Shown here one piece after another: positions 13,778-27,822 of a stretch of DNA of 64,000 bases. The notes under the pieces were generated by a model. The model did not search any database, was not told the DNA's origin, and was given only the letters and a program-made list of their open reading frames with translations. The stretch comes from Octopus sinensis (lineage: Eukaryota). Where the stretch lies: the NCBI RefSeq assembly GCF_006345805.1, contig NC_043002.1, positions 85,126,001 through 85,190,000 on the forward strand. Direction: 5' to 3'. Every line of letters starts with the position of its first letter. Positions within the stretch are counted from its first letter, which is position 1. Made by a program: the position numbers and the translations under genes.

Positions 13778-14874
13778 TACACACACATCAGCTCTCTCTT
13801 CTTCCAAAGGCTATCAGAATACCAATTACACTGATATTCTCAATACTTTTCATTCAATTTTATTTTGCAAAATAATCGAAGACCTGAAAGGGATAACCTT
13901 TCTAAAACTGCTCATCTATTTTTTTTTTTTTTACTTTTGGCCTTTTTTCCTTTCTTTCTTTCTTTCATGTATTTCTGTTATTCCCACCTGCAGGCTTATT
14001 CAAAGTTTCATTATCAGATGAAAAGTCAAATGCCATCTTCTCAATAATAACTTTTGTCTTTGATAAATTCTCCAACGTTGATCTTTTCCACTCTAAATGC
14101 CAGCTGTCTCTTGTATATATAGCGACTAATAAAAAGAAGTGGGAAGGATGGCGGGGTAGATGGGTAATAATTAAAATCAGTCAGTAAACATTAAGTTTAA
14201 TTTAATCAACTTTATTAAACATTAATTAGTTTGTGTTAATTAACGATAGAGAGAATACAAATGACATACTTTTACTTAGACTTGATAATGTCATTTTTAC
14301 TAGTCTGTCTTTCCATAATCATTATAGCTATTCTGGTTTGTTGTTATTTTGCATTATCTTCATCCTCTTAGGGGTTGCTAAGGTAAATACCAGTTGAACA
14401 CTGGGGTTGATGCAATGACTTACTCCTTCCCCAACCTTGCTGGTTCTTGTGCCGAAATTTGAAACCATTATTATTAAGCTTGTAGAATAGATTGTCTAGT
14501 GACATTTCTGGCTCTTTACATTCTGAGTTCAGATTCCACTATGGTCAGCTTTGGGATTGGTTTCACTTTGGTGCCTTGGATAAGTCTCTTCTGCTAGGGC
14601 CAACTAATGTTTTGTAGAGGAATTTGGTTGAAAGAAACTGCAAGAAACCAGTCACATATATATATATAGGGAGGGAGAGAGAGAGAGGAAGGGCATCCAG
14701 CTGTAGAAACCAAGCCAAATAGGACTGGAGTCTGGTACAGGTGTCCAATTTACCAGTTCCAGACAAACCATCTAATCTATGCCAGCATGGAAAATGGATG
14801 TTAAATGATGATGATACATACATGCATATACATACACTTATACATACATGTGTATGTATGTATGTATATATATT

Positions 14875-15200
14875 ATCATCATCATTGTTTAACGTCCGCT
14901 TTCCATGCTAGCATGGGTTAGACGATTTTGACTGAGGGCTGATGAACCAGATGGCTGCACCAGGCTCCAATCTTGATTTGGCAGAGTTTCTATAGCTGGA
15001 TGCCCTTCCTAACGCCAACCACTCTGAGAGTGTAGTGGGTGCCTCTGGCACGGGAGCCAGTCAGGCGGTACTGGTAACGATCACGCTCGAATGGTGCCCT
15101 TTTATGTGCCACCGGCACGGAAGCCAGTTGGCTGCTCTGGCAACAATCACGCTCGGATGGTGCTCTTGGCACCCTACTAGCACGGGCACAAGTGCCAGTA
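14875..15200 (-). mobile_element. Family C short element with RTE-type (GAT)n tail
   Basis: GAGTGGTTGGCGTTAGGAAGGGCATCCAGC...CCCATGCTAGCATGGAAAGCGGACGTTAAACAATGATGAT. Others (approx.): 6555-6797-, 7766-7965+, 8050-8250+, 14687-14815+, 20170-20345+, 20505-20830-, 24150-24318+. Confidence 0.85.
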
Positions 15201-16594
15201 AGGCAAGAACGAAACACATACATACGCACACACTTAAATAAATGTACACCTGATTGTAGAAAAGACTGTTTCAAAGTTAAAAAGTTCAATTGTTTTGACA
15301 ATATGGGACTTTACACATTTTCCCCAAATCATCCACATCATATGAATATAGAAAATGTGATGTGAACCATGAATAAACACGTGCACACACATTTTTCTAC
15401 TATAGGCACAAGGCCCAAAATTTCAGGGAGGGGGGGGCAGTCAATTAGATCGACCCCAGTACACAACTGGTACTTGATTTATCAACCCCGGAAGGGTGAG
15501 AGGAAAAGTTGACCTCGGTAGAATTTGAACTCAGGACGTAAAGACAGATGAAATTCTGTTAAGCATTTTACCTGGCGTGCCAATGTTTCTGCCAGCTCGC
15601 TGCCTTCATGTGCACACATATAACATAGACATACACATGTGAATGGGGACATTATCACTGGTTGTTCCGTGCATTTAAAGACCTTTGGAATAAAAGAAAA
15701 AATCCCTTACTTGAAAACAGATAAGCATTTGTGACAAGAAGTGTATCCAGCTGAAAAATCATGCCTCCGAGTAACCCTCCATCTAATTCATGCCACTATA
15801 AAAAGAAAAAATAGATATCACATGGATGAATGCAAACCATAATAGTGCTCCCATTATATATGATAGTGTATAAGGTCTCCATGACGATATTACTCTATAC
15901 TGTTTATACAAGCAAAGTTGTTCGTGTCACTGTTTGCACGGCATGTAAATAAAAGGGTGTTATAATGTTTGGTCATCACACAACTTGGGTTAGAATGATC
16001 ATCTATTGACCCCACCAAGCAACAAAGCAAAGTATAAGCCAACGGGGTGATTCTTCACACACTCACTGTACCTACTAAACGTGGTAGTTGAATCTCCCTC
16101 AAAACACATTCCACTGTCTTAAAAATAAAGCAGAAGGTTGCATGATGTAACCCTAGATACCTGTAAAAAAAAAATGATAGGATGGTCCTGGCTAGAATGT
16201 CTTTGATCATTGCTGACCTAGAGATCAACAACAACAACAGTCTTCATACTCCTTTACCACTCACTATTTAATCTAAACCGGTATGGTAGTGTTCTGTATC
16301 TGTCATCACAGCACTCATCCTCATGTAGCTATGTTACATATCTGTCATCACATCACCTGTTAGTATGGAGATGTTCTGTTTATTATCACAGTGCTCACTC
16401 AGCTTATTAGATACAGCATCAGTGGGGTTGTTTTTTTTTTTTTTGCAAATTCACTGCCAGTAAAAGGTAAAAATAAATGGACAAAACATAAGAATGAAGT
16501 TCAACTCAAATTTAAAATGAAAACCATATCTTCGTATTTGGGGTGCTGAATTTGAAAATATACAATTGGTTACTTTTGTCAAAAGTCTGTTTAA

Positions 16595-16817
16595 CCCTTT
16601 AGCAATTAAACCGGCCATATCTGGCCAAAAGTATTCTGCCTATTTTATGCTCAAACTGGCCAGATCTGGTCTCTCATACCAGCCCTACAATATCGTTTTA
16701 AAAATTAACAGCTACCTCATCAAAATCTCATAGCTACAAGATAATGCCTGATTAGTTCAAGACAATGTGGATAAAAAAAAGGATTAATTTGGGCAGAATA
16801 ATGTGAACACTAAAGGG
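16595..16817 (+). mobile_element. piggyBac-like MITE (TTAA-flanked); relatives at 12732-12970, 13165-13320, 18617-18829, 20349-20867
   Basis: TTAA|CCCTTTAG...CTAAAGGG|TTAA; shared internal CAAACTGGCCAGATCTGG block. Confidence 0.8.
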
Positions 16818-17020
16818 TTAAACAAAACTAACCAGAAACTATTTACACTGAACTCACCGAGGCTGTTTATACTGATATAGAGCATTGTCATTTAACAACT
16901 TTGGAACTCTAAATCATTCAGACTTTTACATAATAAGCATTAAGGTGTCTTTTATTGATATATCTTCAATTTGTATATTTTATACTTGTTTTATAATCTT
17001 CCTCTTTTATTTCATTTCAG

Positions 17021-17076
17021 CTGCTCGAGGCCGAGGTCGTGGAGGTCGGGGAAATGTGTTCCAAAGAAGAAAATAG
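17021..17076 (+). CDS. SNRPD3: Sm D3 coding exon 2 (RG-rich tail AARGRGRGGRGNVFQRRK-stop)
   Basis: Pyrimidine tract + TTTCAG acceptor ending at 17020. G+CT restores Ala in phase 1; TAG ends at 17076. The spliced CDS is 378 nt = 125 aa with the canonical SmD3 C-terminus. Confidence 0.95.
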
Positions 17077-17320
17077 TTTTTATTTATTTCTACTTTTTTT
17101 ATTTTTCAAACCAATTTTTTTAATATTATTATTATTTTTGTATCAATCAACCTAGACTTCTCATATCCTCAAGATCCTTTCTATACAGACCAGATAGTCG
17201 GAATATCATCAAATTGTCATGAACTCAAGTTTTTCTCATTCCTATCCTTTTTTTCACCACCTCCTCATCAGCTTCTCTCTCTCTCTCTCTTTTTCTCTCT
17301 CACACATTTTTTTCTCATGC

Positions 17321-17326
17321 AATAAA
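17321..17326 (+). terminator. Probable SmD3 polyadenylation signal AATAAA
   Basis: AATAAA about 245 nt after the stop, followed by U-rich sequence; the AT-rich background lowers specificity. Confidence 0.55.
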
Positions 17327-20300
17327 TATTTCTTCATTTTATAACTTATTTTATTCATTATATTGCCTTTAAAAATTTGTTTTCAAATCTCCTCAACATA
17401 ATACAGTGATAACACATGCACAAATATGTATATACAAAATCAGTATGGTTGGGGAAAGTACCAGGTGTAAGTGTTCTCCATACTAAAACAGTGATTTCGA
17501 ATTTTGGCATAAAGCCAGCAATTTCTGGAGAGTAAGTCAATTACATCGCCCCCACCCCCACTCAACTGGTACTTATTTTATTGACCTTGAAAGGATGAAA
17601 GGTAAAGCCAACCTCAGTGAAATTTTGTAGCTTACCAACGACATGGTTCCGTGTTCATTCCCACTGCGTGGCACCTTGGGCAAGTGTCTTCTACTATAGC
17701 CTTGGGCCGACCAAATCTTGTGAGTAGATTTGGTGGATGGAAACTGAAAGAAGCCCATCGTATATATATATATGTTTGTGTTTGTCCCCCCAACATTGCT
17801 TGACAACTGATGGTGGTGTGTTAACATCCCCATAACTTAGCAGTTCAGCAAAAGAGACCAATAGAATAAGTACTAGGCTTACAAAGAATAAGCCCTGGGG
17901 TCGATTTGCTCAACTAAAGGCAGTGCTCCAGCATGGCCACGGTCAAATGACTGAAACAATTAAAAGAGTAAGAACGTGAAGGTGGACAAAATACTGCTGA
18001 GCATTTTGCAGGATAATGATTTTGCTAGTTTGCCATCTTCTCCATACTGAATATTGGTATCCTTCCACATTACAGAAACATTTATTTGTGAAACCTTTGT
18101 GTTATATGCAATTTTGTAAAACAAAATCCTTTGATTTCCATGTTATATGGAGGATACTTATATGAAAGTCAGTGAGTCAATAGGTTTCGTATTACAGAAT
18201 CCATGTTAAAATAAGGTTTCAAGTTGCTAAAGTTGGATGTGCTGGCAGTATTCATGCAGTTAGTTCGCTGTCATGGACCCTCAAACTCATTAGACCAAAA
18301 CTTAACTAAGTTTCCATTGTGTATAAGTAACTGAGATCCCTGCCTCCTGAACAGGGCACTGGTCCTGCACAAAGTTAACTTCCCAGCTATTGCTGGAATT
18401 CATTTACAGCTCAGTAGACCTGGAACTATGTAAAATGAAATGTTTTACTCAAGAACACAATGCACTGCCTGGGCCGGAAATTAAACTGAAATTCTGATAT
18501 GCTTTCAAATTAAAAACTTGTTGGAGTTCTACAAATGATAGCAGTAAATTATAGAAATCTTGTTGCCAGTATGCAAACAACTTTCTACATGAGCCACTCT
18601 GAGAACACAGTTCGAACCCTTCAGCATTCAACTGACCATATCCAGCCTAAATAATCTACCTGTTTAATATTCAAGCTGGCTAGATCAGGCCTCTCACACC
18701 TATACTTTAATGTCATTCTAAAAATAAGCCATTACATCATCAAAATCTTGAAGCAACATTATAATGAATGATTAATTCAAAACAATGTGAATAAATATTA
18801 CATTTGACAGTAACCCAAGCACTAAATGGTTAAAGCTAACTATGCCAATATTTTGGCTCTTTGAGGTAGCAAACCTGGGAAAATAATGAATTTCTCTAGA
18901 GAGAGACACAAGACATGGACACAATGACTGAGATATTGTGTAACATATGCGAGCTGGCAGAAACGTTAGCACGCTGGATGAAATGCTTTGCAGTGTTTCG
19001 TCTGCCGCTGTGTTCTGAGTTCAAATTCCGCCAAGGTCGACTTTGCCTTTCATCTTTTCGGGGTCGATAAATTAAGTACCAGTTATGCACTGGGGTCGAA
19101 TGTAATCGACTTAATCCCTTTGTCTGTCTTGTTTGTCCCCTCTGTGTTTAGCCCCTTGTGGGTAGTAAAGAAATATATATGCTTGAAAGAAAAATACTAT
19201 ATTTTATCCCACTTGTTATAAATTGAATCTTTAAATTAAGGGTTTTCTACATCTGTTTGTGCTTTTTTGCAAATTAATGAAAAATATTTCTGAGTTACCA
19301 CTAACACTAGACTAAATCACCATTCCTATCTTCTGAATTGACTGGAGAGCTGGTCCAAATCCTTCAACAGTGTAGACCTTAAAGCACCCAAGAGCATTTT
19401 GGTGGTGATAAAACAGGTGATGAATTAAGTTTGCCACTCAACAGAAGGAACAATTCTTCTTACAGGTTATCATACTTTCCATCACTCACAAGGCTGCAGT
19501 AGACTGTTTACAAAGATATTGATATAAAACCATTTGCATAACTACTAAAAGATAAATGTACACAAACTACACACTCTTTCTATCTCTCATCATCATCATC
19601 ATCATCATCATCATATGTCTGCTTTCCATGCTGGCATGGGTTATATATATATATAGGTGCAGTACTTGTGTGGTACCTCAGACCAGTGTCTTCTATAGCC
19701 TCGGCCTTACCAAAGTCTTGTGAGTAGATTTGGTAGACAGAAACTAAAGAAGCCCAACATATATGTATACATATATATATATATATATTCCCAACCACAT
19801 AGTTCTGGGTTCAGTCCTACTGTGTGGCACCTTGAGCAAGTGTCTTCTATACCTCAGGCTGACCAAAGCCTTGTGAGTGGATTTGGTAGATGAAAACTGA
19901 AAGAAGCCTGTCATATATATATCTGTCTGTGTTTGTCTCCTATACATCCCTGTAACATAGGGATTTTGGCAAAAGAGACTGATAGAATAAGTACTAGGCT
20001 TTAAAAAGTCCTGGAGTCAATTTCTATGACTAAAACCCTTCAGGGTGGTGCTCCAGCATGGCCACAGTCAAATGACAGAAACAAGTAATAGGTTTAAAGA
20101 ATATACTTGAGAAGACCTGCCCACCACAACAATTAAGATCCTAAAACCAAGTTACCCCATAAAAAGCATTGGTGTAGGTGCTGGTACTACATCAAAATCA
20201 CCCAGTACACACTGTAGTGGTTGGCATTAGGAATGGTATCCAAATGAAGAAACCAAGCGAAATCCTATGCAACCTGGTGCAGCCCCACTGGCCTTGCTAG

Positions 20301-23300
20301 TTTCAGTCAAGCCATCCAATGCATGCCAGCATGGAAAGCAAACATTAACCCTTTAGTACTTAAATGGGGCATGTCAGGCCCAAATATTGTATCTGCTTTC
20401 TGTTCAAACTGGCCAGGTCCAGCCTCTCATACCTACCCTACTTTGACATTCTAAAAATAAACAATCACATGATTGAAATCTCAAGGTTATGAGATAATCA
20501 TAATCATCATCGTTTAACGTCTGCTTTCCATGCTAGCATGGGTTGCACGATTTGACTGAGGACTGGCGAACCAGATGGCTGCACCAGGCTCCATTCTGAT
20601 CTGGCTGAGTATCTACAGCTGGATGCCCTTCCTAATGTCAACCACCCCAAGAGTGTAGTGGGTGCTTTTACATGCCACTGGCATGAGGGCCAGTCAGGCG
20701 GTACTGGCAACAGCCATGCTCCAATGGTGTTTTTTATGTGCCGCATGCACAGGAGCCAGTCCAGCAGCACTAGCAATGACCTTGCTCGAATGTCTTTTCA
20801 CATGCTACCGGCACAGAAGCCAGTCAGCTGCTCTCACATTTGACAGAGTAATCTGAATGTTAAAGTGTTAAATATTGATGGTGATGTTTAGTTATAAAGA
20901 AATTAATACATTAATGCTGTTGCACCACAATGTGAACCTGGAAAACAGATTGGTAAGATTGATATTATTACTGTTCCCCTTTGAATCATTGCAATATGAC
21001 ATCTGAGGGGAAAGATATGAACAGGGTGGAAATTCCACTGGACTGACAGTCTGTGATGGAAGGACTGGATATAGTACTTAGTACAGGTCTTGGTAAGTTG
21101 GACACAACAAGAATGTTTGGAGTGTACTAGGAATGACATGGCATAGGCCCAACCAGCTCCAAGGAGTAGAGGTAGGAAGAATATGGCATGTCTTTAAGCT
21201 AGAGGATGGAACATGTCTGAGTGACTTAATACCAATCAGTTGGGTGGCCCTTTTCTGGGAGCAGTCTAGGGTGCTTGTGCTCAGCAGCACAGTCCCAGAT
21301 GTGGGAACAATACCTAGTAGTGTGCCTCATCTGAGTTTCAAAGATAGTCAGTAATTGTTGAGGGCTGAAGTATCAGCTGAGCCTGAAGAGAAGGGTTGGT
21401 TGTTTGCATGCAGATCTTCAGTGATAGTGAAACCTAATATTTGGCACAATGGTGAGGGCTCTGGTCGTGTACTTGTGCTTAAAGGTAGGGCACACTAGAG
21501 AAGATAAAGAGGAAGAGAAATCTGTCCAGATGTGCTGCAATATGATGATGTGATGAAGATGCTATAAATCTAAGATACGAGAAAGGTGAGCAAATAAACT
21601 TTTTATGAGATTTGCATGCCAAATATAGATGAAAGCTTAGCTGATGTCAAGGGCAAGAACATAGCTTTCACCAAATTTCTTCTAGACTAGAACCCACTAG
21701 TGAGACACCTAGGAGTGTTGGTCACCAGTGAATCTGGCTTCATAGAAACTGTGCTGGTGGTCATTAATGAAATGTATAACATATTGCTTACAAACACTTT
21801 CTCTGATAGTTTTACATCTGTTTTTCTGTGGTGGCATGGGTTAGGAGAGCTTAAACCATTTTGCTTTTTATTGTGGTCTTTCATAATCCAACACATAGTT
21901 TACAAATAAGACATGCTTACTTTGTTACTTTTCACCAGCCACATTACTGTGTGTTGGTCAGTTGGCTATTAAGCCTCAGGTCAGCCCATACTTAGCAGGC
22001 CTCTGATCAGAGCTATTCCAACTATGACCTTCCTGGCTTTCTTTCAAATATAGTGTATTTAAGATTACATTATCCCTAGGATCCCATCAACCCAACTCCC
22101 TGTCCAGTTGAGGGATAGTGTATAGTTACTACATGATAATGCCATCCATCATCACCATCAGTGGTGGTGGGAGACGAGTCACAGAAAAGGACAAAGACAT
22201 TTGCTTTGTCTCCCATGTTGTCAGACCACTGTTATCCCAATGTGTCTTTTAATAAAGACAAAAATTGTAAATTTACCTTATACAATGCAGGTTAATGACT
22301 TCCTCGTACCTGATGAGATCTCATTTTATTTTAATAACCATTACTAGTTTTACCATTTATAATATAATTACTACTATAGATAAAATTTAGTGTGTTAATT
22401 TTGTTACCACACTGTTCCCTGGAGCCTAATGCCCTCTTTGACATGCCCAGCACTCCCTTAGGGGGTGGTGCTGCCCATGGCGAGAACCTTTGCTATATAC
22501 CTTAAATATGAAAGGAAGTAGGAAAAGAAACAGTTTAAATTTCTCCAAGGAGATGACACGAGAGTACCAAGAGGCACTCTTGGTTGCCTTTACGAGAAGT
22601 CACTCACAAGTACTCATTTCTTTATTGCCCACAAGGGGCTAAACATAGAGGAGACAGACAAAGGGATAAGTCGATTACAACAACCCCAGTGCGTAACTGG
22701 TACTTAATTTATCAATCCCAAAAGGATAAAAGGCAAAGTTGACCCCAGCGGAATTTGAACTCAGAACATAACAGCAGACGAAACACAGCTAAGCATTTTG
22801 CCTGGCGTGCTAACGTTTCTGCCAGCTCACTGCCTTAAATACTCACAAGTTTTCTTGTTAGGTTTCTGGTTTCAAGAAAGCTGAAAACTCTCTTCCAACA
22901 GTTTCAGAGTCCTTGAGAAAGGATCATGGACTCAGCACTTTCTCCTGTCACTGAACTATAAAAACAAAAATAATACAAATTATTGTATTTAAGTAATGTT
23001 TTCAACAAACTCGTATTTTTTACTTGTTTCAGTGATTGGTTTCCAATCATGCTGCAGCACCACATTGAAGGATTTAGTTGAACAAACTGGCCCCAGAATT
23101 TATTTGATTTTAAACCTGGTACTTATTCTATCAGTCTCTTTTTGCCGAACCTCTAAATTACAGGGCAGTAAACAAACCAACATCATTTGTGATATCATGC
23201 ACAAATTCACGTACACATATAATATATATGATGGGCTTCTTTCAGTTTCACTCTACCAAATCCACTCACAAAGCTTTTGTCAACCTGGGCCTATTATGGT

Positions 23301-24909
23301 AGACACTTGCCTAAGGTGCCATGCAATGAGACTGAACCCAAAACCATGTGGTTGGGAAGCAAACTTCTTACCACACAACCATGCCTGTGCCTTCAACACA
23401 ACAATCATTTAAGCAGACTCTGATAAAGTATAACTACCCTGAGATCCATTTTCAGAGAACAAGGGTATATACCCTTAAAATTCCCATCACAGCTAACTTA
23501 CAATATATATTCTTATATAGAAAATTTTTAGCTTTCATACTGTGTTTGGTGGGTTGTGTACTCAGTGTTGTTAATTCAATACATAAAAATGTTTTTAAAT
23601 AGTTTTGAATATTTTAATGTTATATTTTCAATGCTTATATTTAATGTAGTGTTTATCTGTTTTTTTTCTGTGACTGTATGTGGTTTCAGTTGACCATACA
23701 AAATTCTAATCATTAACTGGGAAAAGTAAATTGCCACTTAATTTCAGATACTATATAGACTCATCATTTTTAGTATCCTCTAAATTTTTATGCTGAAATG
23801 AGTAAACCAGTCTGTGATACATCTTAACTTTTATGACATGTTTCTGAAATCTAATGTTCTCGAAACTGACATTGCCAGTTCTTCTCAATCAAGACATGTA
23901 CTTATTTACCTAGTATGCATAATATCTTTGCTCTAAATATCCAGAATGGTCACCATGCTGCTAAGGAACAAACACCAGCCATATTCTATTTTCGTCATTT
24001 TCTGGGGTTACTTCCCCTACCTTTCTTAACAGAATTAATCATCAATAAAATAATTATTTTCCTCCTCATTATGATGTGATATTAATTAAAATTCTTGCGT
24101 TTACCACAATGAATATGTTATCAACAACTTTACAATATTTTCCATTAATTGACCACTCTGCTGAGGGGTTGGTGTTAGGAAGGGCATCCAGTTGTAAAAA
24201 TCCTGCCAAAACAGACACAGAAGTCTGGTGTAGGCTTTGGCCTGGCCAGCTCTTGTGGTACCATCCCACCCATGCTAGCATGGAAGATGGATGTTAAACG
24301 ATGATGATGATAATGATGACCAATACATCTGATGTTAATCAGCTTCTCAAATCACACTCAATTCTTCTCATCATTTAATGTTACATTTGGAGTATGAGAG
24401 AGAGGATAATCACAAATGCAAATGCATTCTTCAATGAGTAGCCAATGAGAAACAGTAGGCCTAAAATGATTATTTCTGGAAATAAGTTACATGGAGATTG
24501 ATTAGGCAACTTCCATGCATCTCTGTCTCAAAGAAAGCTTTTACTCTTTTACTTGTTTCAGTCATTTGACTGCGGCCATGCTGGAGCACCACCTTTAATT
24601 GCAATTAGGAAATGAAACCCAAAGTTATGTGCTGGTATTTAAATAATTTGATCTTTGGCAACTCTGGAACACATTTTGGTCTCATAAGACCTCCTCAGTG
24701 AGAATTGGGCTAATGCTTTTGTCTTGTTCTATCAGTAGTAATTTTTGTTTTCAGATTACTAAGTTATACATGTTAGCATTCATTCAACTATCACAGATTT
24801 CAATCAGTTTCTGAAATATCAATGATGCTATGTCTAGTTTTAGACTGAAAAAATCGTAGCTTGAAAGCTCTCTCCATACCAAAGTTAATAACTGAAACAG
24901 GATGAATTT

Positions 24910-25319
24910 ACTTCGGTTTGAACGGCAGTTTTTAACATAATTTCTAGGTAACTAAAAAATTTTAAACTTCGTATACTGGTAGAATGTGTTTATAAAACAT
25001 CATTTTCTCTTGGATTTATTGAGAAAATTCTATAGTTTGTAAGATATTTGTTGTTTTTTTTTTCTTCAATTTCTGCAATTTCAACCAATCACTGACTTCT
25101 ATTGAGGTAAAAAAAACATTCTGTGCCGTATGAATATGTCCCTTGTTTAAGAAACAGATTGGGTCTATTTACATTTGTGAAGAAAAAACGATACCTTTCC
25201 CCCCACCCCAAACCCTAAAACAGATTGAAATGCAATAGATCGATACTAGGGTCATAATTATGGGTGACAATTTCATATGACACCGCTAGAAAAAACTGCT
25301 GTTCAAACCGAAAAGATCC
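24910..25319 (-). mobile_element. GGATC MITE, inverted copy, left end decayed
   Basis: Reverse complement of 9136-9506; ends AAAAGATCC. Confidence 0.8.
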
Positions 25320-25678
25320 CTGAATTCATAAAAGTTTGTTTGTTTTCTCTGTGGCATTATGAGGACTTCAATGCTACAAGCTGATACAAGATTAGTGGAG
25401 TAAGTGCTAATACCTTTAATGTAGCAAATAAGAAAGCTCTCATTGGATCACAAGTCATCATATATTAAAGTGGGGGGGGGGGTACAACAGGGGCTACTTA
25501 GTGGAGTCTAATAAAGGTAGGTAGGGGAGACAACTCTGAAACATCAATTAAAATTATATCAGGTTTGGGTAAGGTAAGTTTCCCCTCTATAAGCCACCAA
25601 TGTTGTACAAGGAAAAGGTCGCCACTTTAGGACCAATACAGCCAATAATATTGTAGGAGCTGATACCAGAATGCAAAA

Positions 25679-25846
25679 GGCGATCCTTCGGTATAGGTAC
25701 CGTAAGTGGTTTTGTTTACATTTCTGAAGATAACAGAAACCCTTTTTCCCACCCCGAACCCTAACCCTAAACCCCCCCATATATAGAAAAAAAACACTTT
25801 CTTGAAATGTATCCGGTACTTCCGGTACCTATACCGAAGTTACGCC
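25679..25846. mobile_element. Small GG-ended inverted-repeat element containing CCCTAA units
   Basis: CTTCGGTATAGGTACCG / CGGTACCTATACCGAAG arms; no clear TSD. Confidence 0.55.
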
Positions 25847-26329
25847 ATAATGCCATGTTACTTGTGGGTAACATGAATTTCTCAATCATGAAATATAAGA
25901 CATCACATTTACAAAATACAATAGAGATAACAAAATCACTTTAAAGCTTATTAGATTTATTTAAGGCAGTGAGCAGAGTAATTACAACATTAGAAACAAA
26001 TGGCTTGAGTATTTCTTCTTTCTCTCTCTATTATCTGAGTTAAAATCCTGCTTTTTGGGGTCAATAAAATAAAGAGCAAGTCAAGTATCATGTGCAATTT
26101 AATAGGTTAACCTCCTGTCCCTCAATTTCAGGTTCTGTGACTGTGTTAGAAGCAATTATTAGCTTTATTTATAACTGTAGTTTCACCAGGACTGTTCTCT
26201 AAGGATGCTGGTGTCCCATACAAGCTGAATTTCAGTGCCTTACAAGTATCTGTCAGTCTGCTCATTCTTCCAGATATTAGACTTTCACAAAGACAGTAAA
26301 AATAAATAAATATTTTGGTGAAAGTCTGG

Positions 26330-27450
26330 AGTTAGTGTAGCAAGTAATTTAGTGTACAGGTAGGAGTTCACCAAGGATCTATTCTCAGCTTTCTCTTGTT
26401 TATCGTAGACCACCAGGCCATAACACAGGAATTCATGACAGGCTACCCTTGGGAGCTCTTGTATGCTGATGACCTTGTTCTTATTGCTGAATCACTACCC
26501 AGAACTAGAGAAGAAGTTTCAGGTGGAAGCAAGGTCTGGAACCAAAGGACCTTAATTTAGCAAAGACTAAAACAGACAAATCACTAATCCCTTCAGGGAG
26601 ATGATCCTGTTTGATATGTTGAAAAGTTGTTAGTAGAAACTCCATAAAGTGTACCAAGTGCAAGCTATGGACACAAATGAGGTGCAGTGATATCACAAGA
26701 AGGTTAACAGAGAAAGTAGTCTTTGTATATGGCAGATGTGCAGGTACATCAAACACTAGGAATATACAGAAAATAGACTCCCTCAAATGACAGGGGGAAT
26801 CCTTGGAAGTTGTAGGCAGTTTCCATTACTTAGGTGACTGAGTTAGCAGTGATGGAGGTTGTTCCAAAAGCATTGCTGCTAAAATAAAAGTGGTTAGGGC
26901 AAAGTTCAGAAAGCTACTACCCTCAGAATGAAAGGCAGATTGTATGATGCCTGCATATGAACAGCTATGCTACATGGCAGTGAAACATAGACTGTGACTA
27001 CTGAGGACATGTGAAGGCTTGAAAGAAATGAAGCCAACATGTTTTGCTGGATGGGTAATGTCAGTGGGAATGAATGACAGAGTGTAAGTGATTTGAAAGA
27101 AAAATTGGGTATATAAGACATCGGATGTAGTGTGCAAGAGAGAAGACTGCACTAGTACAGTCATGTGATGCATATGAATAAGGACAGATGCAACAAGAGG
27201 TGTCGATCTTTAATTGTGGAGGGCATGTGTGGAAGGTATAGACCCAGGAAGATGTGGGACGAAATGATGAGAAAGGATCTTCAGACATTGGGTCTCACAG
27301 AGATGACAAGGAACTGAGACTTTTGTCATTTCATCTTACTGAGACTTCTGGTTTGCTGTGCTTGAGAAAACCTACACAAAGCCCCTCCTGTCACACTGTC
27401 CAACCCATGCCAGAATGGAGATGAAGATGATGATGATGATGATGGTGATG
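26330..27450 (+). mobile_element. Degenerate RTE LINE 3' part with (GAT)n tail, same family as 59-62 kb
   Basis: VGVHQGSILS..PWELLYADDLVLIAE; ends TCCAACCCATGCCAGAATGGA...(GAT)n. Confidence 0.85.
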
Positions 27451-27822
27451 AACAAAGCATTTATTTTAGTTATTATTTTCATTTTTCCACTTTATTTTGA
27501 ATATCCCAAACATTATATGATGTCCCAGGCATTTACCTAAGCTGCTACTCTTAAGTTCAACTATTAACAACAGATGTCTACTCTGGTGCCCTAAGTGTGG
27601 TCAACTGAACCAAGTAACTTTCGTTTCCACATTGATCAGATGGAGCGTCTACATAGTAAATATGTGTCAACAGCAACAAAATTGGTTGCGCAATAACTTT
27701 TAGGACATTTTTCAGATCTTTTTTGTTTGGCTCTCACTTTTTGAAATTTGGGATATTGTAATTTTCCACACTGAATCTGATGCAGTTATATACTTATTCC
27801 AAATTTGAAACCTACAACAAAA

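Noticed and set aside
13647-14021. Many 60-150-aa ORFs in the track (poly-YI, SL, CV, TH, N/R runs and SINE-derived ORFs)
   Set aside because: They are translations of microsatellites, SINEs or antisense frames of retroelements.
13994-14190. Plus-strand alternative or poison exons in the SmD3 intron (also after the acceptor-like site near 8500)
   Set aside because: Acceptor-like sites with 55-65 open codons, but weak donors, and such frames are common by chance here.
17240-17275. Hammerhead-like CTGATGA...GAAA on minus
   Set aside because: No stem II can form between the boxes.
13840-19544. GUCD1 homology for the candidate antisense ORF (human SNRPD3 neighbour)
   Set aside because: Only short look-alike words; the WDCGLAC motif was not found.
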